A stretch of DNA of 64,000 nt, taken from the IMG/VR virus record IMGVR_UViG_3300050025_000126, positions 32,001 through 96,000 of that record. One strand, 5' to 3'. This DNA is from a virus. The first letter of the stretch is position 1. Each line of letters starts with the position of its first letter. Shown one piece after another: positions 19,094 through 29,100 of this stretch. A program made the translations under genes and the position numbers. Below the pieces are notes generated by a model. That model had not been told where the DNA came from. It ran no database searches and saw only the letters and a list, made by a program, of their open reading frames with translations.

Positions 19094-19879
19094 TTAATTT
19101 GAGGAAAGGTCAAGGTTTAAGTTTTTGTATATCAGTTTTACCAGTTCTAAGAAGTCCTCATAAGACATAGCCAACTTGGCGCGATTGCATCTTCCACAAC
19201 AGGAAACACAATTATCGATCTCGTAACCCTTAGAGTTATCTTTTCTGTCTATACCATTGTAGATGTATATTGATTTTTCTATGCCTCTAGCGGTTACGGT
19301 ATTTCCGCTTGATTTAATTATTTGTGAGGGCTCTTTCCCGCAATACCAACACGGCTGCTTTGACAGCCATTTGATGTCGTCAATGCCTAAAGAAAACGTC
19401 AGACTACGTCTTATAGCGTTAGCTTTATAGCTTCGACACAGCCTACGGAAGCTGGATTCTCCATCTGGAAGAGTCCAATTTGCCATTCTATTACAGCCAC
19501 AAGATATTCTTCGCCCTTTTCTTAAACAAAAACCAGTTACTAAGACTTCTTTGCCGCAAAAACACTGACAAATCCATTCGTATGATTTTTGGGAAGATTT
19601 TGATTGACCTATTACTTTAAGATATCCAAAAACAGATCCTATCTTTATAGGTATTTTGTTCTGTTTGCCAACCTTTCTCATTGTTTCAGATTTAATACAT
19701 CCACAAGAGGTCCTTTTATGATCTCTTAGGCTTTTGCTTGTAGCCTCTAACGTTTTATCACTACCACACTCACACCTGCAAAGCCACAGTATTTTATTGC
19801 GGGCAGACCTCTTACCGGTTTTATTTAAAACCCTAAGACGACCATATAGATGTCCTGTAATATCTATTTCAGGTGGCAT
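19094..19879 (-). CDS. HNH-type homing endonuclease
   Basis: Two G..(Y/F)G.L.V...W.C.C.CG repeats; CWYCG...GIDRKDN.KGY...NCVSCC..CNRAK. Confidence 0.8.
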   Translation of the reverse strand: MPPEIDITGHLYGRLRVLNKTGKRSARNKILWLCRCECGSDKTLEATSKSLRDHKRTSCGCIKSETMRKVGKQNKIPIKIGSVFGYLKVIGQSKSSQKSYEWICQCFCGKEVLVTGFCLRKGRRISCGCNRMANWTLPDGESSFRRLCRSYKANAIRRSLTFSLGIDDIKWLSKQPCWYCGKEPSQIIKSSGNTVTARGIEKSIYIYNGIDRKDNSKGYEIDNCVSCCGRCNRAKLAMSYEDFLELVKLIYKNLNLDLSSN

Positions 19880-21040
19880 TTAATCATAATCTCGGATGCT
19901 TTTTCCAATAGGGAACCGAGGAATTCCATAGGCGGTAAGTTGCTGATACTTTATTGTAAGTAACTTGTTTTTCCACTGTTTTGGTTCGTTAAACAACTCC
20001 CTGCGCCTCTCATAAGTAGCCCTTAGGCGTGCTTTAAATTCCGATCCATCCTTGGTCTTACATACAAATGCCCCAACCGTTCCGGCGTCCTTACCTCGGC
20101 CCTCTTCTGCACCAATTATAGGCCACTCGGCTTCCTCAAAATTCTTTAGTTTTTGTAAATAGTAAGAGCGCTTGCCTCCTTCGTAAGGGCCATCTCCGCG
20201 AACCATAGATCCTTCAAAGTTTCCTTCAAGGTTTTTCTCGTGACACGCCATAATTTCATCGTCATTATGACAGATAGCCGTTTCTACAGGAACAAGTGGG
20301 CCACCAAAGCAATTGTAATTATCCTTTAGCCATCTGTCTCTAACAGAAAAAGTACCTTTATTACTTGGTACGTCATAGATATGATAATCCACCTTCTCAT
20401 GACCTGGTCCAGGTTCACTTTGGCGGATAAGACTCATAAGTTCTTCAAATTGATCGTGATACTTGACTGAATAAGCCTCTCCATCAAGAACCAGATCGGG
20501 ATACTTTTTGCCAAAACGTTCTTCAACGGCTTTGACAATATGTGGCAAGGAATTCACCTGTTTTCTGGTGCGACTCCACAGTGTACACTTACCGTTGCTC
20601 AAAACGGCCACTAGACGCGAACCATCATATTTGCTCTGTACGTAAACAGGAAACGTAAGCTTGTGCTTAAAGGTAGGATAGATTTTAGACGGGGCAAGCA
20701 TAACATCAACCCCACCTAAAATAACAGTAGAATCAATCTCTCCGTTTTCTGCATCCTCAAGGCTTTCGACGTATTTCTTCTTTTTTTGTTTGGTCCACCT
20801 CGCTTCTGCCTCTGCCAGAGCCTGTTGTGCCGCCGTGGTCGCATTGGCCCTGCCCTGGTTCTTGCCCGACTTAATCGTCTCAGTGGCTACCTGAATAGCC
20901 CCACCAAGTTGACCATGGCTTACCGTGATTTGGTCTCCATTAACCTGAATCTGCCAGGTTTGAATAGCTCCCGTAGACGACTTTTTATAGAGAATCGGGA
21001 GAGTGTTTGTGTTTACGCCGTTTTTTAGTTCTTGAAACAT
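19880..21040 (-). CDS. lig: ATP-dependent DNA ligase with N-terminal WGR-like domain
   Basis: QSKYDGSR adenylation motif, LDGE, FEGSMVR, KLK, C-terminal OB fold ending PRFP. Confidence 0.9.
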   Translation of the reverse strand: MFQELKNGVNTNTLPILYKKSSTGAIQTWQIQVNGDQITVSHGQLGGAIQVATETIKSGKNQGRANATTAAQQALAEAEARWTKQKKKKYVESLEDAENGEIDSTVILGGVDVMLAPSKIYPTFKHKLTFPVYVQSKYDGSRLVAVLSNGKCTLWSRTRKQVNSLPHIVKAVEERFGKKYPDLVLDGEAYSVKYHDQFEELMSLIRQSEPGPGHEKVDYHIYDVPSNKGTFSVRDRWLKDNYNCFGGPLVPVETAICHNDDEIMACHEKNLEGNFEGSMVRGDGPYEGGKRSYYLQKLKNFEEAEWPIIGAEEGRGKDAGTVGAFVCKTKDGSEFKARLRATYERRRELFNEPKQWKNKLLTIKYQQLTAYGIPRFPIGKSIRDYD

Positions 21041-21052
21041 ATGTCCTTTATA

Positions 21053-21529
21053 CTACTTCTTGTTCTTTTTGGCAAGCAATTTCTTTGTACGCTTTGTGAT
21101 TTCTAGGTCTACGAACAACCTGGCCATACGTAGCCGCTTGGGTTCTTCAAATGCGTCAAAAAACCACAAATAAAACAAGGCCTTCTCAATGTTCCTAGGT
21201 GCCTTCCCTACGATGGCGACAATCTTATTACCGCTCTGGTGGTTAAGGCACGAAGAGTCTTGCTTCCAGCGATTCTTTTTGTCTCCCTTACGGAACCTAA
21301 GGGTCTTTCCTGTCTGTTGAAAGTATTCCCTATTGACATACCAACGGGCCTTCTTCAAATCCTCTAGGGGGCTCCATTTGTTTTCAAAACGGAACAGATA
21401 CTTAAAGGCGTTCCCAGGATTAAATCCCATATATCCACACATTTCAATTGCTTCTATACCAGAAGGGTGCGAGGTATAATGCGCTGGGTGGTTTACGGGA
21501 TTGTTGACGAGCTTAGACTTTTTGGCCAT
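21053..21529 (-). CDS. DUF3310 / T7 gp1.7-like nucleotide kinase domain protein
   Basis: VNHPAHYT...IE.I....F..GNAFKY..R...K...EDLKKARWY. Confidence 0.8.
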   Translation of the reverse strand: MAKKSKLVNNPVNHPAHYTSHPSGIEAIEMCGYMGFNPGNAFKYLFRFENKWSPLEDLKKARWYVNREYFQQTGKTLRFRKGDKKNRWKQDSSCLNHQSGNKIVAIVGKAPRNIEKALFYLWFFDAFEEPKRLRMARLFVDLEITKRTKKLLAKKNKK

Positions 21530-21570
21530 ACTGGTAATTATACTCCGTTTGTTGAAATTGTAAAGCAAAA

Positions 21571-21720
21571 GCCTGAGGTAGGGATTGCACCTACACCGTC
21601 GTCGGTTCTGGCCTACGCCTTGATTGGATACTTGGGCCGAGGCCTTGCGCCTGTCAAGGTTGGTAGGATTACTAAGACGAAAGTTCCCTTAAGCCGCTAG
21701 CAGCACTTCGGAACTCAGTT
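21571..21720 (-). ncRNA. 150-nt tRNA-like RNA with a large nested hairpin replacing the anticodon loop
   Basis: CTGAG/CTCAG acceptor core, T-arm GTAGG-TGCAATC-CCTAC, TCGTC/GACGA stem enclosing CCTAC/GTAGG and CCTTGA/TCAAGG. Confidence 0.55.
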
Positions 21721-21722
21721 CG

Positions 21723-21844
21723 TGTACAGGTTTGGAATCGAACCAAAAATTCCACCGGTTCAAGGTGGTGATTTACCTCTGCGTATCTGTAGATGTGGGT
21801 GACTATAGATTCCACAACCCAGATTATCTTTAATCTACCTGCAC
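21723..21844 (-). tRNA. tRNA-like (anticodon GAA) with a 58-nt D-loop
   Basis: Acceptor GTGCAGG/CCTGTAC, D-stem GATT/AATC, CCACC-TTGAACC-GGTGG, T-arm TTTGG-TTCGATT-CCAAA. Confidence 0.65.
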
Positions 21845-21853
21845 GTATTAAAT

Positions 21854-21916
21854 TGGTGCGGAACAGCGTCTTATACGGGGCGATAGCGCCTATCTCATAT
21901 AGGTCCGATGTTCCGT
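21854..21916 (-). ncRNA. 63-nt CCA-ended mini tRNA-like RNA
   Basis: CGGAACA/TGTTCCG stem followed by C-ACCA; small internal hairpins. Confidence 0.4.
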
Positions 21917-21917
21917 T

Positions 21918-22018
21918 TGGGCAGGAGGAAGGAATCGAACCTTCGGTAGAGCGTATTCGTTAGAATCTTGCTCTGGCGGTCGTAATGCTGCTGTGTCTAC
22001 CACTTCACCACTCCTGCC
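21918..22018 (-). tRNA. Leu-type tRNA-like RNA with aberrant anticodon arm and ~30-nt variable arm
   Basis: GCAGGAG/CTCCTGC-CCA, D-arm GTGAAGTGGTAGACAC, T-arm GAAGG-TTCGATT-CCTTC; anticodon stem poorly paired. Confidence 0.6.
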
Positions 22019-22022
22019 ATAT

Positions 22023-22155
22023 TTGCCCTCTTGTAGCTTTTTATCCGGATTAGTTATGCTACGACTGTAAGGTCGGTAAACGTCATTCCTTACTGTTCTG
22101 CGGATGCTCTCCAGCTGTCAATGACCGACTGGCATATCTACCACCGCAGGGGCAA
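22023..22155 (-). ncRNA. structured four-way-junction RNA (strand inferred from the cluster)
   Basis: Closing stem TTGCCC/GGGCAA with arms CTGCGG/CCGCAG, GTAAGG/CCTTAC, GTAGC/GCTAC. Confidence 0.45.
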
Positions 22156-22161
22156 TGTTAA

Positions 22162-22410
22162 TTACTTCTTTGCAATCGGATTAAACAGACTGAACCCAAT
22201 AAAGTAAATAGGTACAACTACCGTCTCTACCAAAAGAGCTGTCCAAATAATATTTCCTACGCTTACCTCATAGCGGATTGTGGGGTCTTTGTTTTCGTCC
22301 TTGTTCAGTAGGCCATATGTAGGCTGACACTTACCTTCGATTACCTTTGGTTCTCCACACCCAACCATTAGACAGGCGCTTAGAACCACGGCAGCAATCA
22401 ACTTCTTCAT
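22162..22410 (-). CDS. small lipoprotein
   Basis: MKKLIAAVVLSACLMVGC lipobox; additional hydrophobic helix. Confidence 0.7.
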   Translation of the reverse strand: MKKLIAAVVLSACLMVGCGEPKVIEGKCQPTYGLLNKDENKDPTIRYEVSVGNIIWTALLVETVVVPIYFIGFSLFNPIAKK

Positions 22411-22628
22411 TACTCTACCACCGGCTCTTCCACAACCTTCTTGGCCCGTGTCTTGACAGGCACTCCAGTTGCTGCACTGCGAAGCTCATACATCCTCTTG
22501 AGGCCCATACGGCTACCATGCTTGAGAGCCAGGGCTTCGTTGACGTCCTTTACAGAGCCGCCAGCCTTAAACGCCGCTAGGGCTTCTGCTTCTCGTTCTT
22601 CTACTACATTCTTTGCTAATCGTCCCAT
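22410..22628 (-). CDS. small basic helical protein (possibly DNA-binding)
   Basis: ORF with its own promoter and AAAGGA SD. Confidence 0.55.
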   Translation of the reverse strand: MGRLAKNVVEEREAEALAAFKAGGSVKDVNEALALKHGSRMGLKRMYELRSAATGVPVKTRAKKVVEEPVVE

Positions 22629-22634
22629 TTTACT

Positions 22635-22678
22635 TCCTTTCGATTTTGTAATTATATCAGGTTTCTTTTTGTTGTCAA
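22635..22678 (-). promoter_or_regulatory. sigma70-like early promoter with conserved leader
   Basis: TTGACA-16-TATAAT followed by TACAAAATCGAAAGG; near-identical leader at 23046..23070. Confidence 0.7.
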
Positions 22679-22839
22679 CCTACGTTTTCGGATTCAGCCG
22701 CCAGCACCTTAGTACCGAGCATTGCGTCAAGCTGGGCCTGTTGCTCCTTGGTTAAGGGTTCTCCTAGCTTTGGAAAACATCGCAAAACATCGTTCTTCTT
22801 TAGGTTCTTTGGTACACTTGTTTTTCCCATTTCGCTCCT

Positions 22840-23040
22840 TCAATTAAGCCACGGATAATAAGTAATGGCCGTTCCATCTTCTAGAACGTCCACAAACCAT
22901 GATTCTTCCCCTGGGTTTACGTCACGTAATACGCCAGCGGTCTTGTCAGATACAATCGCATCCAACATTTTGGCCCCAGGAAGACATCCTCCGTTGAAGC
23001 CAAGCTCTCCGTTCAAAAAGTTCTTTAGATTTGCTTTCAT
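22840..23040 (-). CDS. small hypothetical early protein
   Basis: Promoter and SD directly upstream. Confidence 0.55.
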   Translation of the reverse strand: MKANLKNFLNGELGFNGGCLPGAKMLDAIVSDKTAGVLRDVNPGEESWFVDVLEDGTAITYYPWLN

Positions 23041-23062
23041 ATGTTTCCCTTTCGATTTTGTA

Positions 23063-23100
23063 ATTGTATCATATTTTTAAACCACGTCAACAACAATCTT
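23063..23100. promoter_or_regulatory. bidirectional promoter junction (GTCAACAACAATCTT)
   Basis: Minus TTGACG-16-TACAAT; plus AATCTT 7 nt before ATG 23108. Confidence 0.65.
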
Positions 23101-23107
23101 TAAAACG

Positions 23108-26100
23108 ATGAGTATTTCGTCGACACCAACGCCCCAGTCGTATCAGCAAATTTTAGGTGCTCAGCTTAACACTGTGCGTAGTAGACTTGGGTTAAGGAAA
23201 TTCAAACCAGGTGGCCAATTCCTCACGATTTTCGAGGCTTCTGCCCAAAGTGACGCCCGTATTTCCGCCGACGTTTTCAAAGGTTTACTATCACAGGACC
23301 TGGATGCGTCAGAAGGCATTGTTCTAGACCGTATTGGTAATAGCGAAGGTGTGCCACGACGCAGCAAGAAAGCTTCTCAGGGTCAGATTACAGTTACCGA
23401 CCCATCGTTTCAAAAAGTTTCGTCTACTGTATATCATGGTAAGCCAGCTCCTATCGTTGGCTCAGTGTCGGTATATGTAAGCAAAGGTAGTACGTTTGAT
23501 TTAGCCCCTCCCACAGGTCAAGTTTACCTAGGCCGAGGAACAGTTAATTACGAAGGGCCTCTAAGCTATTCAGCTAAAACAGATTCTGGATCTTGCTGGA
23601 CTCTGACCCTTTCGTCAACTACTAAATTCCACAACCAAGGCGAATCTGTAATCTTAGCTCAGGGCGGCAATAGGCCTATCCAAATTGGTCAAATCGTTTC
23701 AACTACCCAAGGCGCCTCGACTGCCCCCGTCACCTTTACAACTGCCCAAGCCGCCGCTGTAGCCGATGGTGAAGTACAAATAGACCTAGTCCCTATTACT
23801 TGTACGGTCGATGGCATTGCCGGTAACCTAGCTCCTAATAGCATCGTCTCGTTTGGCGACTCTCCTCCATTTACAAACGCAACAGTTACCAACCCCAAGG
23901 CTATTAGCTTCGGTAGAGATGTAGAACAAGACAACGATTACAGAGATAGAATTAGGCAGGCAAGAGCTGACAAGCAAAGAGGGACAGCTACCGCCATTAA
24001 AGGCGCCGTTATTGATATAACTACCTCCGATGAAACCTCTTCTGTTCTTTCAGCTAATGTAGTCAAACGCAAAGACAAGCCTACCGTTCTATATATTGAT
24101 GATGGTAATGGATATGAAGAAAAGTCTGATGGTGTAGGTTATGAAACCGTTGTAGACCAAGCTGCTGGTGGAGAGACAGATTTTCTATCTATTATGTCTC
24201 CTATTGCTCAGGCCTATGTAGAAGCAACTAACCAAGCTCCTTATACAATTCTAGACGGAACAACTCTTACAATTAGAGTTGGTGGAGTAAGTTCTACCCA
24301 CTACTTTGATTCAGCTACTTTTACTTCACCTCTATCTGCGTCATCTTTTGATGTGGTGTCGTCTGTAAATGCTAATTCAAGCCTTCTATTCCAGGCTAGA
24401 CTTGCTCAAAACACAGCTTCAGTTGCTTTCTACGCAAAGTCAGAAACCAATGATGACCTACAGGTTATTCTGGCTCCAGACCCTACTATGGATGCGGCAG
24501 TTGTATTGGGATTAAGTACCGCTCCAGTCTACACTACTTCTCTGTATAGAAACGACGTTCTTCTTTCTAAGGATGGTCTTTTAGCTCAAGTCGTATCGAA
24601 TCCTTTCTCTACTTGGTCGCCTTTGTTTACTTCTGAAACCCTTATCGTAAACACTGACGCAACAGGTAATATCACCGTTACAATTAATGACACGGATTTT
24701 CAAAACCTTGGATACCCAGCCCTAAGCAACGCCGACCCTAAGACTTGGGCTGACGTATTGTCCCATAAAATCCCAGGCGTAACCGCTACAGACGAAATCG
24801 ACAAAGTAATCCTTACCTCTAACAAAGGCCGCTCTTCGTTAGCGTCTGTTTCTATTATAGGAGGTACTCTTGTAACCAAGGGCGTATTTGCTCCTTCTTC
24901 TAGTTTTGGTGTTTCTAACGACTATAGCGTAGACCGTTCAGTCGGAGCGATTGCTATAAACACATCTTTGATTCAGGACGACCTTTTAAGCCTTGGTACT
25001 CAATGGTCAGAAGCCTTTATTGAAACCGACTTCGGCTATAACTTTATCGACCTTACCTCTGACGCTTCTTATTATCTAATTGTTGACGATAATACCTCCG
25101 AGATAATCCCAACCAGTATGTTTAGAGCCGGTCTCTTTACGGCACAGCGTTTTGAAAGTTCTCCCCTCTTTACCTCTTTTGATATTTGTGATGGAACTGC
25201 TCCTGGCCCTATTCTTCCAGATATTACAGTTCCTGGCGCAGCTGATGGTGATTGGGTTTTGTTGACTGACCCTGCTTTTGATCCTACTTGGAAAGGTGTT
25301 TACAGGAACAGCGCAGACAACCTAATTAGAATTATCAAAGACGCAGATACAGCTACTAGAATTGGTCATACTTCTACAGCTCTGGATGGCACTGCTTCTC
25401 TGTTTGTGTTAATTTGCGGCGGGTTAACTACTATTCAAAGCGGCGTTGGTTTGCCTGGGGCCATTAAGGGACGTGGCGTCACGGGGAATTGTCGTCTATA
25501 TGATGCTAATTTAGGTGCGTGGATTCAACTACCCGATTTGATTACTCCTAGAGCTTACCACACCGCAACTCTTTTGCCAAGTGGTAAGGTGTGGATTACT
25601 GGCGGATTTGACGCATCTGGCAATCCGTTGGCGTCAACCGAAACTTTCGACCCAACCACAAGAACCTTTACTGCTGGGCCTCCTCTTCCTATTAGCTCTG
25701 TAGACCTTACTCCTCAACCCAGAGTCCACCATACGGCGACCTTGTTGACAAATGGTCAGGTGGTTGTTGTAGGTGGATGTAAGACAACCGCTTTGGGTGA
25801 CTCAGCCCTAAACACAAGCGTTCAATACGAACCAATCACAGGAACCTATCTCCACGACGGCACCCTCCATGTCGCTAGATATGGGCACCAGGCTCTATTA
25901 GACGTCACCCAAGACCTTGTTATTGTTTTTGGGGGTGTCTCTACCATTGCAGCCCCTGCCACGCCTATAACGAGCGTAGAGAGCTATACAGACACTGTCT
26001 CCACTTGGTTTAATAGAGTCCCCATGACCAGTGGCAGGGCGTTCTTTGGTGCTGAAAAGATTCTTGGGGGAGCTAATAGTAAAATCGTTGTAGCCGGTGG

Positions 26101-29100
26101 CTCGCTGCATCTATTTTCAGACAACTCTGTAACCACTACGGCAGCTACAGGTACGTATCAAACCTATACTCCTGCTACCGACAGCTGGACTACAGAAAGC
26201 AATATCAACACAAACGTTCCTACTATAACTATAAATTTTGCTCAAAGCGACCTGGTAAGAACTTATACAACAAATACCGTTATCTTAGGCGGACTTGCTA
26301 GCCAGCTTCTAAAATACAACAATTCAACGGACGCTTGGGACGCTTTAAGTGCCGACCCAGGTATCAGCCTTTATATTGTCAGTAGGGAAGGGTTTACAGC
26401 ATCAGCCCCTATAAGTGGTGGTCCTAAGGGCGATAACTGTGCCTGGTTTGGTGGAGCTATTCCAAACTCGACTTCAGAACAGAGCTTCCAAGGCATCGCT
26501 AACGTAGACTTTTTGGATACGGTGGTAAACCTAAGAAACCATCCATATCCTGTGTTTGCTTCTCTAGCTCTAACAAATGGTCGAGTTACCGTTGTAAGAA
26601 GCGAAACTCCTCCAGATGTAATTACTGTGCCTGCTAATGGTGGAACTTTCTATACAGCAGATTCCTTTGCTCCAGCCATTAACTTAATCGCTCAAAACGA
26701 AGTAGCAAAAGTAAAAGACACTACCAAGGTAAGGCTGTCAACTCTATCTACCGACGGGTCTATTTCTATTGTTGACCAAGACACGACCCTACCTGTATTC
26801 GCACCTAAGAAGACAGTTGTAAGTCAAAGGTCCCAGCACGCTATCGTTGTTTCTGGTAGCGATATCTCTGTTCCTTCTGGATTCCAACTACGCACTGTTT
26901 CATCTAAGACGGCCAACTCAACCGGGTTACCTCAATCCGTCATTCTTCCAGACTATGGCCCTGAATTAGACTTAGGACACATCCCAGAACCGCTAAATAT
27001 TAACGGTAAGGTTGTAGGACTAAAAAATATTCCGTTTGGTGGTCCGCCAGTAATTTCCAGATCAACCGATTTTGGCTTTGGCGACGCTAAAGGTGTTACT
27101 TCGCTTATTGGTAGTTTTAGCAGCCCAGGAGTTTTTGAAGAGACCTCAACCTCTACAGTTTCTTCTTTGGGTTCTTACCTTGGTCTTCGGTCTGCTTTGC
27201 CTGTGACCGTTGGTAACCCCGTTTATGTAGCAGAGCCTTTCAAGTTCTCAGTGTCTGACTTTCTGGACATAACCGTTGATGGAGACAGCTCTACAAAGCG
27301 ATTCTCTGTTCCTATGGCTAGAAAGATGACTACTGTTGGTAGCTATCAATCTCCCCTAACGCTTAAAGACGCCGACAATTCTAATTCTACGATTGCCACT
27401 GCCTTTGGGACTGACTATAGCTTTGACGACTTTGCTATTCTTTCAAGGGCTAGGGTAATTTCAGACCCAGCTGATGTTAGCAAGCGGGCCTTGTGGCGAT
27501 ATTACCGATACGGTGAAGAGGGCAACTATGCCTCTGTAAGGTACGTTTGGCCAACAGGACCCAACCAACCTATATCCGTGTCTGCTAGTTCTGTTCAAAA
27601 GCCCTCGGACTTTTCTTATTATAAAGGCCTCCCCAAGGCAACTACCGATATCAATATTGGAAGCGGAGCATTGCGCAAAAACCGTAATATTTCTCTTAAT
27701 ACCAGAATTGGTGTAGGTAAAGGTAGCGTAATCCTTACAAGCAACAACATTTGGACAGTTACATTACAAGTAGGCTTCACAGTTGTTAATGCTAGTCGAC
27801 TTGTTCTCAATGGAGACACAACCCTTAATATTACCACTCTGTTTGGTCCAGGTCTACCCGGCCCAGGTCTAAATCCTGGCGATGTTTTATGGTTTGAGGG
27901 AAGTTCTCCGGCTTCTTCTACTTTGCAAACCGGGCAGTTTGTAATTAAAACCATCGCTCCAGCAGGGCCTCCGGGGGCATGGACAATCACTATCAACTCC
28001 ATGATGTTGAATGATGGTACGATTTGGCCTCTTACAGCCAATCCCGGTACGATTAGCACAGACCCAAATCAAAAAGCTAAGTTTGACGATGAAGTTCTTG
28101 TAGGAGATTTGATCTCCTTTAATGATCCTACTGGCAATCTGACAAGTGAAGTTATGGCTATTTCGGTTATTGACCCAAATCGTCAATACATTGAATGTAA
28201 CGCCGTAAACTTCAACCCAACTCCTGTAAGCACATTAGCTTACGGAACGATGCCCAAGCTAACCGACCTACAAATCTTTGCTCCAGCTTCAAATACAATT
28301 ACTTCTGTCGTAGCTGCCGTTAACGCCAATCCTAATAGCCCCATCCAAGGAACTGTGACGGGTACGGGCGCAGGCATTATCAATACCGCTAGTTGGGTTT
28401 CTGGTTCCAACGCAGATTTTAGGTACAATCTAAGCGACGGTATCAATTACGTAGCAAACACCAACAAGCCCGCTAACCCAACCATCCAAACCACGTTCTA
28501 CCTTAAGTTGCCGGTAACAGGTTCCTTAACAACAAACAACGATTTCGCAAATGAAACGTTTTACGTCATTCCTCAATTAGCTTCATCGGTTGTTAAGTGG
28601 CTAAACACTCCACCCGTAACGGGTTTGTGGTCAGTTGCGTCAATAACTACTTGCGCGGATGGTAGCAAGGTCCAAATTAAATCCAACACTGCCGGAAGCG
28701 CCGGGTCAATTCTTGTTGAAGGCGGCACTGCAAATCTAAAAACTGCCGCAGTAATCGGTCAGGCCACAGAAAGTCAATTTAACAGCAACCTAACCAGCGG
28801 CTTAGTCATTACCACCACAGCCGCTGAAGCTGAAGGGTTTTGCGGCAACTCTTGGGTAGAGCTTAATAATACCGAAAGACTTCCCAAGCTAGTCGATACT
28901 TCTCCTAATTGGTCTGGAAATACAATTACGTCGATTTCTCCTGGTGGTCTAATCACATTTTCAGCTCCTCCCTATTACCTTTCTGATCTTGGAAGTGGCT
29001 CGCCGGTATTCTTCACTGTAGAAAAAGTAGGCAAATACGTAACTATAAACCTCCTTAAGTCATTCTGCGATATTTCTCTATTTCACGCCCCTACAGACTG

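Noticed and set aside
21467-21700. ORFs over the RNA clusters (21467..21700, 50851..51048) and 5' extensions of the 21053 and 49119 ORFs
   Set aside because: They overlap structured RNA genes or better starts with SD sites and have no protein motifs.
21571-21844. Group I/II introns in the tRNA-like genes
   Set aside because: Inserts of about 50-75 nt are far too short and lack recognisable catalytic core elements.
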